This document shows positions 1-11,404 of a stretch of DNA of 64,000 nt, one piece after another. A program made the position numbers and the translations under genes. The notes beneath the pieces are model-generated. The model did not search any database. It had not been told where the DNA came from and worked only from the letters and a program-made list of their open reading frames with translations. How positions within the stretch are numbered: position 1 is the first letter of the stretch; every line of letters begins with the position of its first letter. The stretch comes from Octopus sinensis (taxonomy: Eukaryota), in NCBI RefSeq assembly GCF_006345805.1, contig NC_043010.1, positions 29,574,001 through 29,638,000 on the forward strand. The letters run 5' to 3'.

Positions 1-3000
1 CCGTACATTTTTTCTTCCATGCCTTTTTTTCTTTTTTCTTTCATTTTTTTTTTTGTTGTTCATTTCTTGTTTAAATGTTTCCTTAGTTACACAATTTTCA
101 GTTTTGATGACGCCGGCCTTCTTCGTGTGTTTCAACAGTGGCTCCACGGCATTTCTTATATACCACCCTAAGCTATTTCTCTCTGCTTCGATTCAGTTCT
201 GGCAACTGATCAAACCTCTCCCACTCTTAGGGTAGACGGTTCCGTGTACTGTTAACATTTTTCTGGTCTTGGTATCTATTTTCTTTATTTCTCTCTTTTG
301 CCACTTTATAATTCCCGCTCCATACCGAAGTAATGCTCACGTATTAACTGCTTGGATTTTATTCCATCCAGTCAATTTTGAGCGCAGCACCAACCTCAGT
401 CTTCGGAAATACTCCATCCTCAGTTGTTCTTTCACTTCCTTTTCCATTATATCGTTAAACTCTAGTACACCAAGGTATTTGTATCCTTCCGTTTCAATTT
501 GCTTAATCAAATCTCTCTTCGGTAATTCTATCCCTGCTAGGGATTGTACCTTGCCTCTTTTTAGGTAGATTACTCCGCTCTTCTTGAGTCCAAATTCCAT
601 TCTAATATCAGTACTAAAACAGTGCACCGTGTTCACGAAGGAACTCATCTTTACCATACAGTTCCATACAGTTTCAAATCATCCATGAAGAGGAGGTGGT
701 TGATTGCTTGTCATTTATCCTTTAGTTGATACCCCAGGTTCGTTTTCCTGAGTACCAAGATCAGGGATATCATGCAGAGATCGAAAAGCAATTGAGATAG
801 GCTGTTGCCTTGAAAAACCCCTCTTTTAATACCCAGGGTGCCCAAACATTTTCCGTAAGATGTCAGTTCAATTTTCCCTCCCTCTTCAGGAAACACGTTA
901 CATTCCTCGCAATTCCAAACATCTAAGCACGTGATGATCCACGATTGTGGAAGAATCATATCATAAGCTTTGCGATAGTCAATCCAGGCCATTCCCAGAT
1001 TTATTCTCCTTTCTTTACAATCTTGCATTGCCCCGGCGGTAATATATCGTTCTAATCGAGAAATTTATATAGTTCTTCTGCTATTCCTTTTGGCAGTAAC
1101 TGCCACATTAACGGGAGTCAGAAAATTAGTCTGTAATTGTCAGCAACATTTCCCTTTGATGCATTCTTCGGGCACACCACCGTTCGTCCTTTTGTCAACC
1201 AGCCCGGAATTTCTTCTTCTCCATTGGTCAATGCATTAAATTGTCCTACGACCAATTTATGGCAACTACTGCACTTTTTTATCCAAAATCCCTGTACACC
1301 ATCAGGTCCTGCTGCTTTCCAATTGCTTATCTTTTTACTCATATTTCTGATACTGTCTTCAGGCTGCAGAGCCATTCAGCTATAGTATTATGTTGTTCTT
1401 GCTTACTCCATATCTTACCCCAAAAAAGTTGACTTTTATCAGCATCAGGAACTTATCTTTCACGTTTTTTATCGTCATTAATCTCTTGATAAAATCTTTT
1501 TTGGTCGGTTCTAAACAATTTGTTTTACTGGTATTGCTTAATCCGTTGTTCAAACTTAGCCTTGCTTTTTTACATGTATGCACTGCTTCAGTTCTTCAGT
1601 TACAACATTCAAGCCTTTTGTATCTACACCATACTTCTTCCTAACTTTTTAGAATTTCCATTCAGTCTAAAGTTCTCCATTTCTTTTCTTGAAAAGTATT
1701 GACACTACACTGTTCAAGGAGTTTATATCTTCAGAAATTCTCCTTTTCCTCCACGGTCGTTTATTTCCTCTTCTATCCGTCGCTGTTCTATTCTCAGTAG
1801 TTCTCAAACCCGTCCTTTCCGCCTACTAACAGCCTTGAAAAGATTGATGTTCTTTGTTTCAATGTGTCTCAGTACATTATTGACTTTATTCGTCTCTTGA
1901 TTTAGTCTCCATTGGTTAGTCTTCTTAAAGTCGCACACAAATTCTCTCCCATCTGTAATTAATAGATCCAAATTTCTGTCTATCATTAATCGATCTTCAT
2001 TATTTGAGTAGTCACTGATCTCAATTCTTTCACAATTGACGGTATTATATTCTTGCGAACAATTGTCCATCTCTTCCACTATATCACTTTCATTTCTCGC
2101 ATGCGCAACTTCTTCCGATATCATTCTTATAATAGCTTCTAACTTCAGTTCTGTTAACCATCCATTCTTTCGTATTGCTCTTGCTTGGTCACATAATCTT
2201 AGTTCAGTAATTTCGAACAGTTCCATTGCCTTCTATTCACTGTGCATTCGTTTTCTGTACCCTCTGACAGACATACCACTCACATCAACTGGGGAGCTCC
2301 GGTAGTAACACTCCATAACCATCATGTTTACTTGTTTACTCCACCTGTGTCTTTTAGCATGGCTAGCAGTTGCTGGATTACGATCGGGTCACCCTGCTGC
2401 ACAGTGGAGCACCTTCCAAATGCGGCACCTTCCCCATTTGTTCCAGTCCCGTTCACACTATTATCGTCATTTATTTTGTTTGGCATTTTCATTCACAAAT
2501 GAGGTGTGTTTTTAGTTTACTACCAACCGGTATTTTTAACGAGGCACCATCTCTATCAAGGTAGTCCGCCAAGGCTGCTGGGTCCTTGCTCCCCTGGTTT
2601 TGAACTCAGAGTGAACCTTCTCTTAGGCTACTTACCACCCAAGGCTAGCAAGTACAGCCTACCCGGAGCACAGGTTATTTGAAGGCACCAGATGCTCGCC
2701 TTTTTTCACACTTCTGTTGGTTTGGCGAAGGAGCCAACCAAGACTGCAGATCTCTTACTACCTTTAAGTTTGGCCTATTCCCTTCGCATTTCTGCATGCT
2801 GGGGACCATGAACCTGATTCTCACGAGGAGATAGGTGTGCATCAGTTGGTCCTGTATCTTCATCCAAATATTGCTCCGGAGGTAAGTCCCGGTTCATTCG
2901 CCTTCATCCTAGGCATGGAGCCATTGGACACTGGCAGGTTGTCACCACTGTAACTAAGGAGTCCAATTTACCCCAGTTTTTAATTCAGAGTGTTCCTTCT

Positions 3001-3205
3001 CCTAGACAGACTGCCAACCAGGGCTCACGAGTTCTGTCTACCCGTTTTCGGAATGGCCATTGAATTTTTAAATTCCTCTACTCTTTGCCAGGTTTTGTTT
3101 TTAATCCCACATAGTGTCGAAAATCCACTTTCCTCACCAAGCAAGCTTAGTGGAGTTGCCGGTTTAGTCGCCGACGACAAGTGACTTCACAAAGTCACTT
3201 GTAAA
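1..3205 (-). mobile_element. R4/Dong-clade non-LTR retrotransposon, 5' UTR through RT and post-RT region (frameshifted; runs off the window start)
   Basis: Minus-strand fragments in colinear order: RHRWSKQVNMMVMECYYRSSP...RGYRKRMH...ELRLCDQARAIRKNGWL (about 2400-2150), WKAAGPDGVQGFWIKK (1118-1375), WIDYRKAYD...GVFQGNSLSQLLF (711-1028), MEFGLKK...YKYLG (337-657), GRGLI...NSLGWYIRN (1-260). The 5' UTR spans about 2510-3205. Confidence 0.88.
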
Positions 3206-3573
3206 TGATTCTGGGTAATTCTTGTTCGCTATTATAATTTCACTATTACTACTATTATCCCTAACTAATTATTTCCTAGTTCACAACTATAGTTTCACAA
3301 TTATTACTATAATTATATTAATATAGTGATATATATTAATCATAGTAATAGAACCGAGTGGTTCTAATATTGTCTCCCCGACTTCTTTAAACAAGAAATG
3401 ATGGTAGATTTACGGCTGTTGGTTTACTACTGTCGATGCTGCGTTAAATAGAGGAGCGGACTTGTGTCTACTAATACAGGCTGTTTGATTGGACTGCTAG
3501 CTGTTATGGCTGGCAGTCGATTAAGGGCGGGTGGGAGTTGATTTTTGAGCGTAACGTCGGCAAGTTGGGACTA

Positions 3574-3808
3574 CCTATTTCTTTACTACCCACAAGGGGC
3601 TAAACATAGAGGGGACAAACAAGGACAGACAAACGGATTAAGTCGATTATATCGACCCCAGTGCGTATCTGGTACTTAATTTATCGGCCCCGAAAGGATG
3701 AAAAGCAAAGTCGACTTCGGCGGAATTTGAACTCAGAACGTAACGGCAGACGAAATACGGCTACACATTTCGCCCGGCGTGCTAACGTTTCTGCCAGCTC
3801 GCCGCCTT
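3574..3808 (-). mobile_element. tRNA-derived SINE (family 1), full-length copy
   Basis: Reverse complement of the unit at 4941-5175 and 34285-34520; has a Pol III B-box-like GAGTTCAAATTCC and the conserved CTTTCGGGGTCGAT core. Confidence 0.85.
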
Positions 3809-3939
3809 CAAGTTGGGATTACCATAACTAAGATATGGAAATTTATAAACAACATTTTACAGTTTTAAGAAGCTAGAGTATTCTATCTATAAACACCCCA
3901 TCGTATTTACGATGAAGGAATTTATCTAAGTCAAATCAT

Positions 3940-4700
3940 ATCGTACTTATGTTTCGAGCATCTTCCGGAGTATTCGAGCGGTTCCAAGCAGTGCTGTTTT
4001 CTGCAAGTCCTCCACCCTTATTGCAGCCCCTATTTGTTCCACGTACTTCTCGAGATTTTTGCTCACTGTTCCCAGGGCTCCGACAACTATTGGTACTACT
4101 GCTACCTTTTTCATCGACCACAACTGCTTAACTTCCCAAGCTAATCTGTCATATCTCTCGACTTTTCTTTCCTCCTTATCGCATACCTTGTTGTCAGCTG
4201 GGCATGCTATATCTATGATCCAGCATAGTTTGTTTTCTTTCTCAATTAAGACTGTGTCTGGCTTCCTATTCTCTATCTCATGGTCGCACTGAATCATAAA
4301 ATCCCATAGGATCTTTGCATTTTTATTTTCGATAATGCCTTCAGGTTTGTGGTCGTACCAATTTTTTGCTCTGTCAAGTCTACACTTGTTGCAAAGTGTC
4401 CAATGGACAAACCTGGCTATATTGTCGTCGTGTCTTTTATATTCCTTCTGGGCTAGTGGCGTACATTGGCTAGTAATATGCCATATGGTTTCACCATTTC
4501 GTCCACAGATTCTGATGTGTTGTCTATTCTATATTTTATGTAATTTGCTCTTAGTTCTTGCTCTTGGGCAGCACGGATTAGAGCCTTCGTTTCCGGTTTT
4601 AAATCACTTTTAGTCATCCACAGTCATCTTTTTTCTCTGTCTTATCTTCAACATTCCTATGAAATTGACCATGCATTCTTTTCTTTACCCACCTATTTTC
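3940..4700 (-). mobile_element. R4/Dong LINE 3' fragment: degraded CCHC knuckle region plus restriction-like endonuclease
   Basis: KRMHGQF...LKPETKALIRAAQEQ...ETIWHITSQCTPLAQKEYKRRHDNIARFVHW...KILWDFMIQCDHEIENRKPDTV...IDIACP...KVERY...VPIVVGALG...LQKTALLGTARILRKML; ORF 3947-4297. Confidence 0.9.
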
Positions 4701-4701
4701 A

Positions 4702-4740
4702 GTTATTATTATCATTATTATTATTATTATTATATTATTA

Positions 4741-4782
<42 letters not shown>

Positions 4783-4797
4783 CATTATTATTATTAT
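4702..4797. repeat. (TTA/TAA)n microsatellite
   Basis: Direct inspection. Confidence 0.95.
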
Positions 4798-4798
4798 T

Positions 4799-5345
4799 GG
4801 TTGACTTTGCCTTTCATTCTTTCGGGGTCGATAAATTAAGTACCAGTGAAACACTAGGGTCGATTAATCTATTATTCCCCTCCCCACAAATTTCAGGCCT
4901 TGTGTCTATAGTAGAAAGGTTTATTGTTATTATTATTGATAAGGCGGTGAGCTGGCAGAAACGTTAGCAGACCGGGCGAAATGCTTAGTGGTATTTCGTC
5001 TACCTCTACGTTCTGAGTTCAAATTCCGCCGTAGTCGACTTTGCCTTTCATCCTTTCGGGGTCGATTAAATAAGTACCAGTTACGCACTGGGGTCGATAT
5101 AATCGACTTAATCCGTTTGTCTATCCTTGTTTGTCTTCTCTGTGTTTAGCCCCTTGTGGGTAGTAAAGAAATAGAAATAGGTATTTCGTCTGTCTTTAGG
5201 TTCTGAGTTCAAATTCTGCCGAGGTCGACTTAGCTTCTTATCCTTTTGGGGTCAATAAATAAAGTATCAGTTGCATACTAGGGTCGATCTAATCGGCTAG
5301 CCCCCTCCCACAAAATTTCAGACTTTGTGCCTTTAGTAGAAATGA
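4799..5345 (+). mobile_element. Cluster of three family-1 SINE copies (3' half, full copy 4941-5175, 5'-truncated copy)
   Basis: Three occurrences of GACTTTGCCTTTCATCCTTTCGGGGTCGAT-like core; two end with the CCCTCCCCACAAATTTCAGGCCTTGTG-type tail. Confidence 0.85.
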
Positions 5346-5903
5346 TTATTATTATTTTTAATATTCATTGCCGAACCAGATCTTGATTTAGAAGCTCCCA
5401 TAAACCTATTAAATGTTTTCCTTTTCAGAGAAATATATTTAATTTTATTGTCTCATTTTGTTGTTAAGCCGACCAGAACTGTAAGGGACTGACTGGTTGG
5501 CTGGGTCCTTGTCATACAGCTGCAAAATTTGCATGAAAAAACTTCATAATGAACAGAAACTTAAAACATTATAAACTGATACATTCCGAAAACAAATTGA
5601 ACCACTGGGAATTTTGTAACAAAAGGTTATTAAGTACTTCTATCTTGTCTCAACACATTCAAGTACATACGAGAGAAAACCATTCTTCCGTAATAACTTG
5701 TACTGCCTACTGACAACACCTGAATCAATTAAGCTATCAATCAATATTTATTTACATCTTACAAGAAAATAGCGTTAATTTCTTGGCTTTATTAATCAGA
5801 TACTCCCAAGTCAGTGAAATACACTACAAATCGATGAAACTGTGATATTTTTGTATTACTGAGATGCATATTTTTATAGTGATTAACCTTTCACTGTCTG
5901 AGG

Positions 5904-7905
5904 CAGCGATTCTCAACCGGGGTTCCCCAGAACCCTAGGGTCCCGCAAAAGGTTCCACGGGGTTCCGCGAGAAAGAATGAGATAAGCTAATGCTAATTTC
6001 ATGATCGTAATATATATGCACAACCTATTATTGGTTATTGTAACTTAGTAATATATAGACATCATCCTATCAAACCTATTATGTTATCAAAAAAATATAA
6101 CAACCATTGGGGATATATTTAGTGATGTCTGTAATTTATGGACACCATGTATTTTTTTCTTTATTTTTACAGAAATACCTAATAACCCAATATAGTAGTT
6201 TTTTGAAGAGGAAACATTCAGTAAATTCGGATGAGGCTAGTTATGAAGAGCCACAATCTTCAGACCAATTCCACTGCACTAGTAGTTCAACAACGGAAAG
6301 AAAGAAAAATTCTCCCATTCCACTGTGTGTCGTCTATGGCAAACAACTTCCAAATGCAGCAATGCCTCCAGCTAAACCAAAAAGACACTTCACAACATAC
6401 GATTTTTTTAAAGGCTGTTGGAATCTCAGAAGAAACAGAGTACAGCTTTTGTGAGTAAAGTTAGTGTCAGTGACTAGGCTCTTGAAGCAAGTTATTTAGT
6501 AGCAGAAATTTATGCACAGAAAAGGAAAAGTCGCACAGTTGGTGAGAACTTAATACTGCCAGTTTGTAAAATTATAGTTGGTAAAATTCTTGGGCAAAAT
6601 GCACTACAAGAAATTGAAAATGTTCCATTTTCAGATAGTACAATAAGTCGACGCATTGATGACATAGCACATGACATTGAAGAAGTTTTGCGTGACAAAA
6701 TGAAAAATAGCAGTTTTTCTATTCAGTTTGATGAGTCAACAGATCTTATCAATAATTGTCACGTAGCTTTTGTAAGATTTGTCAAAGAGGGTGAAATTCA
6801 AGAAAATTTTCTATGCTGCAAAGAACTGCCTCAGACAAGCAAAGAAATAGATGTATTCAACATTTTGTCCTCATATCTGGAAAACAAGAGATCTCTCCTG
6901 GAAGGGCTGTGTTGGCATTTGTACTGATGGCGCCTCATCAATGGTTGGCTCCATAAAAGGTTTTGTTTCTCTTGTTGAACAAGAAAATCCTGATATAATC
7001 TCAACATACTGCTTTCTTCACAGAGAGGACTTGATTTCAAAATCACTGGGAAATGAATTGAAAAAAGTTTTTGACGATGCTACAAAATTGGTCAACTTTA
7101 TTAAACAAAGACCAGTTCACCCCAGAATTTTTAAAAGACTGTGTGAATGCATGAACAAAGAACGTATAAATCTATTGCTATATACGGAAATCCGGTGGCT
7201 GGGTAGAGGAAAAGGTTTACATAGGTCGTTTGAGGTGAGAGATGAGTTGCAGAAATACTTTCAAGAAACCAATAAGCAAGATTTTGCTAAGTGCTTTGAA
7301 GATGAAAATATGACTGCAGAGGCTTATAAGACATTTTTCATCACGTGAATCAACTGAACAAGTCACTGCGAAGCCCCAGAGAAAATATACTGGCTTCAAG
7401 TGATAAAATTCTTGCATTTAAAAGCAAAGTGAATGTGTGGGAAAAACATGTAGCAAAAGGAAATTTTGAGATGTTTCCGCTACTTCATGGGCTTAAAAGT
7501 GTAAAGGGATATCAGAAAATTTCAAGTCTTATTGAATCCCACCTGGATGGACTATATATCAGAACTGAAAATTACTTTCCTTCCCTTTCAACGCAGGTAT
7601 ATAATTGGTTGAAGGATCCATACTCTGAATCTTTTGGTCATCCTGATAACCTGACTTTAAAAGAAGAGGAAGAACTTTGTGAGTTGCAGTGTGATCGTAC
7701 AATCAAAATAAGATTTACAGACCTGTCTCTGAACAAGTTTTGGATTTCTTTGAAAAAAGAGTATCCTGCCATTCATAGGAAAGCAGTAAACATATTGCTG
7801 CAGGTTTCAACCTCTTACATGTGTGAGCAAGCCCTTTCTTATTGAACATGTATCAAGAGCAAAGACAGAAATCGTCTCCTTTCAATTGAAAATGAAATCC
7901 GTGAG
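5904..7905 (+). mobile_element. hAT (Buster/Charlie group) transposon with frameshifted transposase; right end not seen
   Basis: Left TIR CAGCGATTCTCAACC at 5904; ASYLVAEI...KSHTVGENLILP, QFDESTD, CTDGASSM, CFLHRE, EIRWLGRG, YMCEQ motifs; breaks off into (GA)n. Confidence 0.9.
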
Positions 7906-7944
7906 AGAGGGAGAGAGAGAGAGGGAGAGAGAGAGGGGGGGAGA

Positions 7945-8125
7945 TTGAGTCGGTGCATAATTATTGCGGCTTTTTTTCAACAGATGTTTTTCAACAAAAA
8001 CAATAACAACATGTAATAAAAACATCTTTAAATGATTACTCCGGAGCCTTTTCGCCATCTACTTCAATTACTGATTCTCATTTGACTGGCAGAGAGTCAG
8101 ACCGTCATTTAAAGATGTTTTTGTT
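7945..8125. mobile_element. Mariner-type terminal fragment
   Basis: TTGAGTCGGTGCATAATTATTGCGGC resembles mariner TIRs; no transposase seen. Confidence 0.45.
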
Positions 8126-8196
8126 AAATATTGTTATTGTTTATATACATATGTATATATATACATATATATATATTTGTATATATATAAATGTAC

Positions 8197-8240
<44 letters not shown>

Positions 8241-8271
8241 ATATATATAAATGTACCTGTATATATATATA

Positions 8272-8463
8272 TAGGAGATGTATTTGCATAGCAAGTGAAA
8301 TGATCTGAAATCGTTTGCTAAAACGAAAACAATTACAACGTGGAAGGTGTTTATAAGCCATTTAAGGCTATAGTAGAAGACACTTGCCCAAGGTGCCACG
8401 CAGTGGGACTGAACCCGGAACCATGTGGTTGGTAAACAAGCTACTTACCACACAGCCACTCCT
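8272..8463 (-). mobile_element. tRNA-derived SINE (family 2) 5' part
   Basis: Reverse complement of GGAGTGGCTGTGTGGTAAGTAGCTTG...GGGTTCAGTCCCACTGCGTGGCACCTTGGGCAAGTGTCTTCTACTATAGCC; A- and B-box-like motifs. Confidence 0.8.
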
Positions 8464-8528
8464 ATATATATATGTACATATATATGCACATATTGTATAT
8501 ATATATGTACATATATATGCACATATTG

Positions 8529-8578
<50 letters not shown>

Positions 8579-8579
<1 letters not shown>

Positions 8580-8877
8580 CTTTATATATAAAAGTGAAGT
8601 TGTGTGAGTGTCTGTCTTCTACGATTTAGATTCCTAACTACTCCCACATTTTGCGGTGCAGTTTAACCAAAACCGGGTATCTTATAGTCGTGATTCATAT
8701 CGAGCCCTTCTGGGTATTAGCGCGCGTCTACGATGAGTCTACAATTTAAAAAAAATTTACCATCAGTTTTTCCATTTTAATGCATTTATTTGCTATTATA
8801 TAAGGGAAGTAACTCTCTAAAAATGCTTAAATAGTTATTTCCCTTACAAACCCGAGCAACGCCGGGCGATACTGCTA

Positions 8878-8878
<1 letters not shown>
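8579..8878 (+). mobile_element. Non-autonomous Helitron (300 bp)
   Basis: Starts TCTTTATATATAAA after an A; ends CCCG-AGCAACGC-CGGG hairpin, about 8 nt, then CTAG, followed by T (A|T insertion, no TSD). Confidence 0.8.
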
Positions 8879-8941
<63 letters not shown>

Positions 8942-9452
8942 CTAAAAAAAACTAGACTCAACACTACCTAAGCATGTTTTTATATTTCATCTTTCACAAT
9001 ATTTTTATTAATATCCGAATGAGTTATGCGATACGGACTCAATGCAGTCTCCTGTAACAACGTACTTTTCTTCGTTCACGACTTTTCTGATGTATCCTTC
9101 ATTTTTGCACTGAGGAGAATGGTAATATGAAATTAAATTAATTTAATTATAATTAATTTAATCTCTTCCATGTTTCTCACATGTTGGTGTTACCTTTTGA
9201 AACGATCGTATGTATGGATTAAAATTTTATAAAACTTTTAACATCTCTTCTCTATCTTTAATTGTTTTGTGAGTTTAAATAGGACTATAAATGCACATAA
9301 TACACCTTATACTTATATATGTACATATATATGTACATAATGTATACATACATATATATATGCACATACATATATATATATATGTACATACATATATATA
9401 TACGTGTATACATATGTATATGTGTACAAACATATATATATGTACCTACATT

Positions 9453-11347
9453 ATCATCATCATCGTTTAACGGCCATTTTCCATAGTGACATGGGTTGGA
9501 CGGTTTGACTGAGGTCCGGAGAGCCAACAGCTGCACCAGGTTCCAATATGATCTGGTAATGTTTCTACAGCTAGATACTCTTCCTAATACCAACCACTCC
9601 AAGAGTGTAGTGTGTGCTTTTTACGTGCCACTGGCACAGGAGCCAGTCAGGTGGGCCTGGCATCGATCACGTTCGGATGATGCATTTTACGTACCACTGG
9701 TACAAGAGCCAGTCAGGGAGTACTAGTATCGGCCACGATCGGCTGGTGCTTTTTACGTACCACTGGCACGGGAGCCAATCAGCGGACCTGGTATCGACCA
9801 CTTTTGGATGGTGCTTTTTACGTGCCATCTGCACGGGGGGCAGTCAGGCGGACCTGGCATCGACCACGTTCGAGTGGTGCTTTTTACGTGTCACCGGTAC
9901 GGGAGCCAGTCAGGAGGCACTGGCCCCAACTACGATATTGGTTTTACTTGACTCAACAGGTCTTCTCAAGTATATCATATCGTCCGACGTATCAGGAGTA
10001 TTCTTCACAGGGCCGAACATGCGTGGCTGCGATCTCACTTTAGTTGCCGAGTCTTCTCAATCACAGCATATCTCCTAAGGTCTCGCTCTCCTGTCATTGT
10101 CTCTGTGAAGCCCAATGTTCTAAGGTCATGCTTCACCACCCCATCCCATGTCTACCTGAGTCTACCTCATCCACAGATTCCTTCTACCGTTAGGGAGCGG
10201 TACTTCCTCGTATAGCTGTCTTCATTCATACGTAACACATGGCCCTACCAACGCAGTCGTCTCTCTTGCACACCACATTTGATGCTTCTTATGCCCAACT
10301 TTTCTCTCAGTGCTTACACTCTGACGTGTATGTAGTATGTACACTGACGTTACACATCCAGCGGGTCATACTAGCTTCTTTCCTTTCAAGCCTATGCATG
10401 TTCTCGGCATTCATGGCCCATGTTTCACTGCCGTGTAACATAGCAGTTCGCACACATGCATCATACAGTCTACCTTTCACCCAAAGCAAGAGGCCCCTAG
10501 TTGCCAGCAGAGGTAGGAGCTCCTTGAACTTTGCCCAGGCTATTCTTACTCTAGTCGGTATACTCTCAGAACAATCACCCCTACTACAAACTTGGCCGCC
10601 TAGGTAGCAGAAGCTATTAACTAGTTTCTCCCCTTGGCATGTGATGGAATCTGTTTTCTGTACATCTGCAGTGTTTATTGCCCCAGTGCATCTGACACAC
10701 GCAAAAACTATTTTCCCGGTTAACCATCCTTTGATATTGCTGCACATTTTATGTGTCCATAGCTTACACAGGGTACATCGTATGGAGTTTCTAACCACGC
10801 ATTTTCTACAAATTGAGCAGGGCCATCTACCTGAAGGGGGTTGTGATTTACTAAGACTTTGGTTTGGGCTAGATTAACTCTAAGGTCTTTCGATTGTAGA
10901 CCTTGCTTCCACAACCTAAACTTCGTCTCCACTCCTGGCAGTGACTCGGCTATTAGAGCAAGGTCATCAGCATAGAGGAGCTCCCTGGGGCAGCCTATAT
11001 TGAATTCTTCTGTTATTGCCTGGAGGACTATAATGAATAAGAGGCGGCTGAGGACTGATCCTTGGTGGACCCCTACTCGGAATTCTTCACTATACTCGTT
11101 GCCATCCCTGTACAGGGCTTGTACAGCTCTTTACTAGCCACTCGTCTATCCCCAGTTTCCGCATTGACCACCAGATAAGGGATCGGAGGACCCTGTCAAA
11201 GGCTTTCTCCGAGTCAACAAAAGCTAATTACAGAGGTTTATCTTTGGCTGGGTATTTCTCCTGTAGTTGCCTTACCAGAAATATAGCATCAGTGGTGCTT
11301 CTGCCTGGCACAAAACCAAACTGCATCTTATCTAGGCTAACTTACTC
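9453..11347 (-). mobile_element. RTE-clade LINE, 5'-truncated and decayed
   Basis: (CAT)n tail at 9453, family 3' UTR, RLYDACVRTAMLHGSETWA, FCYLG, LLY-D-L, FDRVLRS-type RT fragments. Confidence 0.9.
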
Positions 11348-11404
11348 GTGTGTGTGTGCGCGCGCGCGCGTACATACATATACCTTACTTTGATAGGTTT
11401 CGGT

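Noticed and set aside
4941-5175. tRNA genes at SINE heads
   Set aside because: Only A/B-box remnants, no cloverleaf; these are SINEs.
8082-8629. ORFs rich in YI/VC repeats (also 9285-9602, 20947-21378, 39000-39314, 43496-43868, 62333-63900)
   Set aside because: Translations of (AT)n/(GT)n microsatellites.
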